A stretch of DNA of 64,000 bases from Candidatus Parcubacteria bacterium. GTDB taxonomy: Bacteria; Patescibacteriota; Minisyncoccia; Phycocordibacterales; PALSA-1337. Positions within the stretch are counted from its first letter, which is position 1. Each line of letters begins with the position of its first letter. The DNA lies in NCBI GenBank assembly GCA_039799225.1, contig JBDLTF010000003.1:6606-70605 (forward strand). Reading direction: 5' to 3'. Made by a program: the position numbers and the translations under genes. This document shows positions 48,159-55,503 of the stretch, in pieces. A model generated the notes under the pieces. That model had not been told where the DNA came from and did no database searches. It saw nothing but the letters and a program-made list of their open reading frames with translations.

Positions 48159-48497
48159 TCACGGAGCGTGAATACCCTGCTCTCCTGGAAAAAATTGCTC
48201 AGGAGTAGCGCTAGGTAGTTTGTGCACATCGTCTATCATTCCAGGTAGGACAAAGTTGAAATTTTCACCCTCCTTTCTTTCGAAGAGACGCTGTTGCTTG
48301 AACTGCTCAAGAGACACATATGATCCCTCGAGAACCTCTTTCTTCAAGTCATCCGGAAGAGGACGTTCTGGATGAGTCTTGAGTTGTTCTTGGATTCTAA
48401 ACAACAGGTCGTTTGGTACAGCAATGAAGCAGTGATGATGAAGCGTCCCTTCATGCATCGTTCCACCACACACCGGACATTCCATAATACAGGCCAT
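48159..48497 (-). CDS. Hypothetical zinc-ribbon-containing protein
   Basis: CPVCGG...H..C motif near the N-terminus. Otherwise unknown. Confidence 0.35.
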   Translation of the reverse strand: MACIMECPVCGGTMHEGTLHHHCFIAVPNDLLFRIQEQLKTHPERPLPDDLKKEVLEGSYVSLEQFKQQRLFERKEGENFNFVLPGMIDDVHKLPSATPEQFFPGEQGIHAP

Positions 48498-48576
48498 AAA
48501 GATCCTTTCTTTATTAGATTTATACCACGGAGGAAAATATGCCACAACATCCTTTTTCTGATATAATGGCGCAACT

Positions 48577-49500
48577 ATGATTTACGACCTCGCCATCATC
48601 GGAGGCGGACCTGCAGGAGCTGCAGCCGCCGTCTACGCCGCTAGGAAGCGCCTCAAGACTGTGTTCGTCACCAAGGATTGGCTCGGTCAGAGCAATGTCT
48701 CCGAAAAGATCGAGAACTGGGTCGGTACCGTCGCCATCTCTGGCTTCGACCTCTGTGAAAGTCTCAAGAAGCACGCCAAGGCATATGCCGATGGTGTCAT
48801 CGATTTCAAAGAGAACCAGTACGCTACCAAAGTCATCAAGAATGATTCTGGAACATTCACCGTAACCAGCGACAAAGGTTCATATGAAGCGAAAACTATC
48901 CTTATCGCCTCTGGTAGCCGCCGACGCAAGCTCGAAGTTCCTGGTGCAGATACCTATGAACACAAAGGTCTTACCTACTGTGCATCATGTGATGGACCAC
49001 TCTACGCAGACCAAGATGTCGCCGTTATCGGTGGTGGTAATGCAGGCTTCGAGAGCGCCGCTCAGCTCCTCGCATACTGCAAGAGCGTCACTCTCCTCGC
49101 GCGCAGTGATTACAAAGCAGACCCTGGCACTGTCGAGAAGGTTCTCAGCAATCCAAAAATGAAGGGTATCCAGTTCGCCATCCCCAAGGAAATCAAAGGA
49201 GACAAGTTCGTCACTTCACTCGTCTATACTGACACCACATCAGGCACTGATATCGAAATTCCTGTCACTGGCATATTCTCAGAGATTGGTTCACTCCCGA
49301 ACACTGATTACGCCGCAGGTCTCGTCTCTATGGATAAGTTCAACCATGTCATCACCGACGCACGCACTCAGCGCACATCTGTCGATGGTATCTGGGCTGC
49401 TGGAGATTGTACCGATGGTCTCTACCATCAGAACAACATTGCCGCCGGCGACGCCGTCAAAGCGATCGAGGATATCTATGTTTGGTTGCACGCGAAGTAG
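48577..49500 (+). CDS. trxB: Thioredoxin-disulfide reductase
   Basis: FAD-binding AIIGGGPAGAAAA, redox-active CASCDG and NADPH-binding VIGGGNAGFE. Confidence 0.9.
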   Translation: MIYDLAIIGGGPAGAAAAVYAARKRLKTVFVTKDWLGQSNVSEKIENWVGTVAISGFDLCESLKKHAKAYADGVIDFKENQYATKVIKNDSGTFTVTSDKGSYEAKTILIASGSRRRKLEVPGADTYEHKGLTYCASCDGPLYADQDVAVIGGGNAGFESAAQLLAYCKSVTLLARSDYKADPGTVEKVLSNPKMKGIQFAIPKEIKGDKFVTSLVYTDTTSGTDIEIPVTGIFSEIGSLPNTDYAAGLVSMDKFNHVITDARTQRTSVDGIWAAGDCTDGLYHQNNIAAGDAVKAIEDIYVWLHAK

Positions 49501-49501
49501 G

Positions 49502-50014
49502 TCACTTTTCGCATACTCCCCACAATCCTCTCTGTTCCCTTTTCGTCTCTTGTTCTATATTCCTGAATTCTTTCTGGAATAGGTAGGGTTTTCCGAAAGT
49601 ATATTCACGTGCAAAACCATTCTTGAGTAGATACTCATTCCAGAATGTTCCGTCCTCGAGATATACGTATGCGAGATATCGATCATACTTATCTCGCTCT
49701 TCCCTGTTCGGATTCAATTTCAAGCGCACTGCATGTCCGACCAACATCCTCTTGGTCTCATCTGATGCTTTCTGTCCGTAACACTGCGCCGGTTTGCGCG
49801 GATCGACCGTCTCTGGCGTGTCGATGCCGAGCATGCGGACAGTGATGATATGTTTCTCGATATTTACCTTGAATGTATCTCCGTCCATAACGGATACGAC
49901 CTGATAGAGCTCGTTCTCATTAATAGTTATAACTGACGCGGCATACGCATAGTACCCAGCCACGCACAACACACCCGTAACGACCGAAATCGCCACGATT
50001 TTCTGATATTTCAT
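49502..50014 (-). CDS. Thermonuclease (staphylococcal nuclease homolog), membrane anchored
   Basis: SNase core VMDGDTFKV...RMLGIDTPE...RYLAYVY...G.A, preceded by an N-terminal TM helix. Confidence 0.75.
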   Translation of the reverse strand: MKYQKIVAISVVTGVLCVAGYYAYAASVITINENELYQVVSVMDGDTFKVNIEKHIITVRMLGIDTPETVDPRKPAQCYGQKASDETKRMLVGHAVRLKLNPNREERDKYDRYLAYVYLEDGTFWNEYLLKNGFAREYTFGKPYLFQKEFRNIEQETKREQRGLWGVCEK

Positions 50015-50239
50015 TGTAGGTTCTTACCGGTGACGCGATGGAGCAGGTATCTTCCCTTGGGGAGAAGTATACCAGAAAAAAATACTAGATGCGGGGTGTC
50101 TCGGGTTTGAACCTTTTGGTTCATTGCACCACAAGGCTTTTCGGACACTTTTTATGATATCACATCGACGCGTCTCGAGCAGACCAAAAAGTGACAAAAG
50201 TGACACAGAACAAGGAAAAAGATTACATGTGACTGTAAC

Positions 50240-50485
50240 TTAATGAGGCAATACCTTCATTAAAACGTCGCTCATAAATCCCATGACCTTCTCTACATAA
50301 AGGTAATTAACAATTTTAGTATAGACAGGAAAGAAATCATAGCGAAAAATAATAGAACCTATCAACACTATAAGAATAGCAACAAAAAGCAACTTAGAAG
50401 GTTTAAATACAAACCGAATTAGTTCCTCGAGTATAGGATTTTGATGATAGTCATTTTTTCTTCTTTTTCTCATGCGGCTTGTCAA
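50240..50485 (-). CDS. Hypothetical small membrane protein (last gene of the TIR cassette)
   Basis: 81 aa with one or two TM helices (LLFVAILIVLIGSIIF). AT-rich. Confidence 0.35.
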   Translation of the reverse strand: MTSRMRKRRKNDYHQNPILEELIRFVFKPSKLLFVAILIVLIGSIIFRYDFFPVYTKIVNYLYVEKVMGFMSDVLMKVLPH

Positions 50486-50494
50486 TAATGTAAC

Positions 50495-51202
50495 TTAGAA
50501 TGTGATATTGTTTTCCACTATCATCCTCCTAAGCTTCCGAAAACCTTCCCAAGCTTTCATATTGCAGTCTTTAATTTTATGAGACCCACAAAAACACTTG
50601 CTTCCGCCATCTACTCTCTCGCCTCTGAATAATACTCTTTCTACTCGTTCCCATGCATGTTTCGCCTTTTTTAATTTACGGATGCAAGCTTTAGCATGTT
50701 CTACTGCCTGTTGAGAATCATAAAATGAATGGAAGGCTCCCGCAGCGCCATGAAGATACTCATCCCATGGCCACGCTTCATGTTCATCATAAAACCGCTG
50801 TCCGTAAAGAAATGGAGTAACTAATTCTTCAATGAACATAGGCAAAGAATAGTTTTTTCTGTTCAAAAAGTCGATTTCTTCCGTTGGTCCACAGAGACAG
50901 GCCTTGCCGACAGGATCTGTATAGAAGTGTCTATCTACATTTGAATTGATTTTTTCATCGAGCACCTTAAGTTTCGGAAGAAAATTCTTATCGGTAGATA
51001 GAGTAATGACGACGCCATATGAACCTGACAAAATAACTCCAGAAGCCGTTTGATCGCGAAGGGTGAGAGGTGTGAAGGTGTTGTTTGCTTCGTCATATGC
51101 ACCAGAGAATATAAACTCTCCCAAAATCTCCGTTTCATCATCGTTAAACTTTAACGTCGGATGATGTATGATCAACCATTCTTTATCGGCCTCGGTTACC
51201 AT
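50495..51202 (-). CDS. Hypothetical protein with two C(L/F)CG motifs immediately downstream of the TIR gene; candidate effector of unknown fold
   Basis: No recognisable SIR2, Macro, SLOG or nuclease motif. Contains GKACLCGPTEE and GSKCFCGSHKIKDC. Its start overlaps the end of the TIR gene by about 20 nt, suggesting translational coupling. Confidence 0.4.
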   Translation of the reverse strand: MVTEADKEWLIIHHPTLKFNDDETEILGEFIFSGAYDEANNTFTPLTLRDQTASGVILSGSYGVVITLSTDKNFLPKLKVLDEKINSNVDRHFYTDPVGKACLCGPTEEIDFLNRKNYSLPMFIEELVTPFLYGQRFYDEHEAWPWDEYLHGAAGAFHSFYDSQQAVEHAKACIRKLKKAKHAWERVERVLFRGERVDGGSKCFCGSHKIKDCNMKAWEGFRKLRRMIVENNITF

Positions 51203-51797
51203 GATTGTTATCACCCCATGGACGTGTAGGTGTAAAAGAGCTTCCTGTCGCATAAGTTGCCACCGCAACTGATCCAGTAGACATATGAGTGCTTGCTTTC
51301 AGTTTCGTCTCTCCTTTGTGATCTGTTCGTGTTTGGAAAGCATCTTCTCCCCACTGTCCAAGATTTTTGATGCCGTTATCCATCACCCAGTCATAGACTT
51401 TACAGATTGAGGAGAGAGGAGTTCCATCAGCAAGAATGATTTTGTCGAATGGATTTTGTCCTGCAACGTCAGTTTTACTATCGAGATTTTTTACATTGTG
51501 AATTTGGACTCCAACCAATCCATTCCCACGCTCCCAACTCTGACGAATCTCGTAGCGTACCCAGTCGCGCTCAGAGGTTTCTGCGCCGATGAGAACGACG
51601 GTAACAGATGTAGATTTAAGCTGATCGTTAATCCATCGCTTGATTGCATCTGGCCCTTGTTGTTCGATCTTTTCCCATTCTACGGAATCTATGACGCCGT
51701 ACTCGTCTTGATCGGCGATGGCGTGGCTATTACGTACCTGAGCCGCTCGTTGCGAATCTCGTTCGTAATGAAAACTGTAAAATGTTTTTCGTGCCAT
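51183..51797 (-). CDS. thsB: ThsB-like TIR domain protein (DUF1863/TIR-like, Thoeris ThsB family)
   Basis: The N-terminus MARKTFYSFHYERDSQRAAQVRN, TSVTVVLIGAETSERDWVRYEIRQSWERGNGLVGVQIH and NPFDKI align block by block with Bacillus ThsB from memory (MAKRVFFSFHY...VRN; TSVTCVLIGSKTFERRWVRYEI.KS.ERGN...GVHI; NPF). Confidence 0.7.
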   Translation of the reverse strand: MARKTFYSFHYERDSQRAAQVRNSHAIADQDEYGVIDSVEWEKIEQQGPDAIKRWINDQLKSTSVTVVLIGAETSERDWVRYEIRQSWERGNGLVGVQIHNVKNLDSKTDVAGQNPFDKIILADGTPLSSICKVYDWVMDNGIKNLGQWGEDAFQTRTDHKGETKLKASTHMSTGSVAVATYATGSSFTPTRPWGDNNHGNRGR

Positions 51798-51800
51798 ATT

Positions 51801-52193
51801 TTATAGAATTAAAATAATGATAATGTGAATCAGAGCCAAGCCTCCGTAAAAAAGGGTTGCTGTTGTCGAGAAAGCACAACAACCGACTACTCCCAACTTT
51901 TCAAATGATTTTATGTCCATTGAAAAATCTATCTGTTCCGTTGTCTTTTTGCGGACCTCGTCGTACAATTCCCGGAACGCTTTTTCTTTTGAGAGATAAT
52001 AGGCATCCAGGAGCCAGAAGAAGAGAAGCACGCCGAGGGAAGTGAAGATGTATGTGCAGTCAATTTCTTTAAAACTGAGCAACACGAGAGCGCCTATCAC
52101 CGTTACAGTCCATCCCTTCAGCAGAAAGGAGTTACTCGCCATACGGTTGATTGCCTGCTGAACAAAATCCAAATGTTTTAGTTTTGCTTCCAT
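51801..52193 (-). CDS. Small membrane protein (3 predicted TM helices), 4 nt upstream of the TIR gene
   Basis: Three hydrophobic segments (TVTVIGALVLLSF, LGVLLFFWLLDAYYL, ALIHIIIILIL). No known domain. Confidence 0.4.
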   Translation of the reverse strand: MEAKLKHLDFVQQAINRMASNSFLLKGWTVTVIGALVLLSFKEIDCTYIFTSLGVLLFFWLLDAYYLSKEKAFRELYDEVRKKTTEQIDFSMDIKSFEKLGVVGCCAFSTTATLFYGGLALIHIIIILIL

Positions 52194-52199
52194 ATGTTT

Positions 52200-52433
52200 T
52201 TAATGAATACGGTCTTTAGGTGGACAGTCGTCATTTCCGAAACTGTCCTTGTCCTTTATCTGACCCTGTCGGTTATGATAAACTGCTTCTGTTTCATTGT
52301 TCTTCGCAAGCTTGTGCGTCTTATCCTCTGAAGCCGCTTGAGTACGGTGAACAGATACGGGTTTTTCCATTCCTTCCTTTTTTACTGCCCAATCACTTCC
52401 CCAAGGAACACTGTGAAAATTTTTCTTTGCCAT
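52200..52433 (-). CDS. DUF2188 family small protein
   Basis: MAKKNFHSVPWGSDWAVKKEGMEKPVSVHRTQAASEDKTHKLAKNNETEAVYHNRQGQIKDKDSFGNDDCPP matches the DUF2188 consensus (hVVP..dGWAVK.EGa.r.s..h.Tk.eA...g..LAkn...El.iH..dG.I...dSYG.DP.PP). Confidence 0.65.
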   Translation of the reverse strand: MAKKNFHSVPWGSDWAVKKEGMEKPVSVHRTQAASEDKTHKLAKNNETEAVYHNRQGQIKDKDSFGNDDCPPKDRIH

Positions 52434-52577
52434 TTTTTTAAAAAATATGTTAATAAATTTAATAACTTCGCCTTTCCTCTTCTTCCTATGATTTTAATTC
52501 CACTCAATCTATTTGAGTGCTTCGCTCTAGGGGTGTGAGAGATCAACTTGATTACATCTTATCACGACACAATACTT

Positions 52578-52614
52578 TTGAACACTTGCATATGCATGTC
52601 TTACATGTTATATT
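52578..52614 (+). promoter_or_regulatory. Putative sigma-70 promoter of the lexA-like gene with an overlapping 10-bp perfect palindrome (candidate operator)
   Basis: TTGCAT(-35)-17 nt-TATATT(-10) ends 9 nt before the ATG. The palindrome TGCATATGCA (52587..52596) overlaps the -35 hexamer. Confidence 0.4.
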
Positions 52615-52623
52615 ACTAATGAC

Positions 52624-53292
52624 ATGGAAAAAGAAACCCTGACACCGAAGCAGCAGGAATTATATTCTTATCTGAAAGAATATAATGAGAAACATAATGA
52701 TTCACCGACCCTTAAGGAAATGGCTGCATCCATTGGAGCGAACTCGTTGAATAGTGTTGTTCAATATCTTAAAATCCTTGAGAAGAAGAATTATATTTTG
52801 AGGACAAAACATGCACGAAGAAATATTGAACTACGCAAGATGATCTCGTCTGGTCTAATGGAATGGCCAGTTAGTATTCCAGTCATCTCCTCCGTTGGCT
52901 GTGATAATCTAAGTGTCGTCGCGTACGAAGAATATGATGAGTTTATTGATGTTGATAGAAAACTTGTTGAAAATAAAGGTGACGTTGTTGCTGTACGAGC
53001 TGTAGGCAATAGCATGAATGATGCTGACATTCACGACGGTGATTATGTCCTTATTGAGCTAACAGATAATGCAAAAAATGGAGATAGAGTGGCTGCGATT
53101 ATTGGTGATATGGTTACAGTGAAAAAACTAGAGAAAAGAGAAGGTTTGGTAATTTTACGCCCTGAATCAAAGGATCCAAAATACAGGCCAATTATTTTAA
53201 ATGAAGACTTTAAGATCGCTGGAAAAGTAATTTGTGCAATTCCAGGAACAAGTATGGACATCACGGAGGTAGTTCCCATAAGACCACAATAA
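52624..53292 (+). CDS. lexA: LexA-type repressor (winged-HTH plus S24 self-cleaving peptidase)
   Basis: N-terminal LexA DNA-binding pattern (LTPKQQELYSYLKEY...SPTLKEMAASIG.NSLNSVVQYLKILEKKNYI). The S24 catalytic Ser/Lys dyad context is GNSMNDADIHDGDYVLIE...GDMVTVKKL. Confidence 0.8.
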   Translation: MEKETLTPKQQELYSYLKEYNEKHNDSPTLKEMAASIGANSLNSVVQYLKILEKKNYILRTKHARRNIELRKMISSGLMEWPVSIPVISSVGCDNLSVVAYEEYDEFIDVDRKLVENKGDVVAVRAVGNSMNDADIHDGDYVLIELTDNAKNGDRVAAIIGDMVTVKKLEKREGLVILRPESKDPKYRPIILNEDFKIAGKVICAIPGTSMDITEVVPIRPQ

Positions 53293-53296
53293 ATAC

Positions 53297-53662
53297 ATGG
53301 CAAAGAAAAAATTATTTTTGACAGATTTGACGCTTCATTCCAAGGAACATCGTGCTACGCCTAATTTGGAAAAGGCCGAACAAAGAAAGGAAAACGGGTA
53401 TTCTTCTCCGCGTCTATATTCTCCCCAGCTCAACAAGGATGACTTTAAAATATATCCTGATGGAAAGTTTGAAATTATCATAAAGTTGCCTCCCGATATC
53501 CAAAAGGGCTTAGATAGCGGAGAAATCGAAATTGTGATACCAAAAGACGGTCTGCTCGTCTATGCAGGCAAAGATATGATAGAGAAGGCGAAACAGCTTG
53601 AAGAAAAGAAGAGGCGAGAAATTATCCACAGGGGCCGTAGACAAGTTTGGCGTAAAGAGTAG
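53297..53662 (+). CDS. Hypothetical protein (121 aa), co-directional with lexA
   Basis: ORF with a 4-nt spacing from the lexA stop. Lys/Glu-rich. No motif recognised. Confidence 0.35.
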   Translation: MAKKKLFLTDLTLHSKEHRATPNLEKAEQRKENGYSSPRLYSPQLNKDDFKIYPDGKFEIIIKLPPDIQKGLDSGEIEIVIPKDGLLVYAGKDMIEKAKQLEEKKRREIIHRGRRQVWRKE

Positions 53663-53816
53663 AATGTAATTACAATTGAATATTACTGGTGGTGTACCGC
53701 ACTCTGTGCTATGCCCACTTCGTAGGAAAGTCTAAAAGAATCACTCGTTGGTTTTTTAAGTCTTCTTCGCGAAGTGGGCTTTCTCGTTTATTTATTAGTA
53801 ATTATCACTTAATAAT

Positions 53817-55097
53817 ATGAAAAATATAAATTTAGTCTGGCACTCCGAGCGTCGCCAAGTAAGTACACTCAAAGCGTGGGATCGAAATCCTCGCAAGATC
53901 ACAGCGCACAAGTTCAATCAGCTCATCAGGCGCATCAAAAGCCGCGGCTTCCACGATGTCATTAAAATCGATACCGACGGCACTATCCTTTCAGGTAATC
54001 AGCGCAAAAAAGCCTTGATCAAGCTCGACATCAAGGAAGTGAATGTCCTTGTTCCTAACCGCAAGCTCACGGATGAGGAACGCGATCGCATCGGCATTGA
54101 GAGTAACACCAACGACGGCGAATGGGATTACGAGGGTTTGAAGTCCTTTGATCTCGACACACTTACCGACGTCGGCTTTGACACAAACAGCCTTTCTGAA
54201 ATGTGGAGCGAAAACCTCACGGCGGATGATGACGACTTCGATCTTAATGAGGAAATCAAGAAAATAACCGAGCCAAAAACCAAGCTCGGAGATCTCATCG
54301 TCATGGGCAATCATAAGCTGATCTGCGGAGATTCAACCAAACCCGAAGTCCTTAAAAAACTTTTCGGTGATGATCGTGCTTCGATGATATACAGCGACCC
54401 TGTCTTCAACATCAACTACTCATATAAATCAGGATTGGGCAGCAAGAAGAATTATGGTGCAACCGTTAATGACACTCGCACCGACACGGAATACCATGGC
54501 TTCCTGAAAAAGAGCATGGTATGCGCCTTGTCGGTCACGAAACCTGATGCTCATATCTTTTATTGGTCCGACCAATGCTACATATGGCTCATACAGACCC
54601 TGTACCGTGAGCTTAGTATCGAGAACAAACGTGTATGTCTGTGGATCAAGAACGGCTTTAGTCCTACGCCTGCCATAGCGTTCAATAAGTGCTTTGAACC
54701 CTGTATCTACGGAATCCTTGGTCAACCTTATCTCAATGACGGCATCCAAAATCTCAACGAGGTATCTAACGGCAATCTAACTACAGGCAACGACATGCTC
54801 AATCAGATTTCCGACATCTGGGCAGTGAAGCGATTGTCAGCAAAGGACTACGAACACGCCACAAGCAAGCCTCCAAAACTCCATGAAAAAGCGATTCGTC
54901 GCTGTACTCGCCCAGGTGACATTATCTTGGACAGCTTTTCGGGATCGGCAAGTACCATGATTGCGGCCGAGCAGTTGAAGCGTAGGGTTTATGCAGTCGA
55001 GCTTGAACCCCGCTTCTGCGATCTTGCGATCAAAAGGTACGAGAAGCTCACAGGCAAAAAAGCAAAGATAATCCACAACTACCATGAAGAAAAATAA
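53817..55097 (+). CDS. ParB-like nuclease domain fused to a DNA (N6-adenine/N4-cytosine) methyltransferase, phage-type
   Basis: N-terminal ParB/Srx-like block (LKAWDRNPRKI...GFHDVIKIDTDGTILSGNQRKKA). The C-terminal beta-class amino-MTase has motif IV SDPVF before motif I DSFSGSASTMIAA. Confidence 0.7.
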   Translation: MKNINLVWHSERRQVSTLKAWDRNPRKITAHKFNQLIRRIKSRGFHDVIKIDTDGTILSGNQRKKALIKLDIKEVNVLVPNRKLTDEERDRIGIESNTNDGEWDYEGLKSFDLDTLTDVGFDTNSLSEMWSENLTADDDDFDLNEEIKKITEPKTKLGDLIVMGNHKLICGDSTKPEVLKKLFGDDRASMIYSDPVFNINYSYKSGLGSKKNYGATVNDTRTDTEYHGFLKKSMVCALSVTKPDAHIFYWSDQCYIWLIQTLYRELSIENKRVCLWIKNGFSPTPAIAFNKCFEPCIYGILGQPYLNDGIQNLNEVSNGNLTTGNDMLNQISDIWAVKRLSAKDYEHATSKPPKLHEKAIRRCTRPGDIILDSFSGSASTMIAAEQLKRRVYAVELEPRFCDLAIKRYEKLTGKKAKIIHNYHEEK

Positions 55098-55503
55098 AGT
55101 CAAAGATAATTTCCTCGCAGAGTTAAGAAAGATACCAATCGTACAGGTTGCCTGTGAACGCATCGGGATTTCAAGGAATAGTGTCTATCGTTGGAAAAAT
55201 ACCGATGAGGCATTTTCTGATGAAATGGACAGAGCACTCGCAGAGGGAGAGGCATTGGTGAATGACCTCACTGAAAACCAGCTTCTCACCCTCATCAAGG
55301 AAAAGGAGTGGTCAGCCATATCGTTCTGGCTTCGTCATCGTAATCCGAAGTTTAGGGAGCGTGTTGAAATCACGACGAAGATGGAAAGTGACGGCAAGCT
55401 AACAGCTGAGCAAGAATCAATCGTGCGGGAAGCACTACGTCTTTCTGCAGTCACACCTATTCAAATTATTACTGATAAAAAACAAGACAATGAACCAAAA
55501 TAA
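55084..55503 (+). CDS. Phage terminase small subunit (HTH)
   Basis: HTH VACERIGISRNSVYRWKN. It overlaps both the preceding MTase and the following terminase large subunit, the typical terS-terL arrangement. Confidence 0.6.
   Translation: MKKNKVKDNFLAELRKIPIVQVACERIGISRNSVYRWKNTDEAFSDEMDRALAEGEALVNDLTENQLLTLIKEKEWSAISFWLRHRNPKFRERVEITTKMESDGKLTAEQESIVREALRLSAVTPIQIITDKKQDNEPK

Noticed and set aside
46850-48229. ORFs antisense or off-frame to ftsZ (47173..47403-, 47425..47868-, 47448..47930+, 47645..48229-)
   Set aside because: They lie inside a highly conserved gene and have Ser/Leu-rich low-complexity translations.
52624-53292. Interpreting the LexA-like gene strictly as the host SOS regulator
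   Set aside because: I cannot decide this from the sequence alone. It sits next to phage-type genes and could equally be the element's CI-like repressor, so both readings are kept open.
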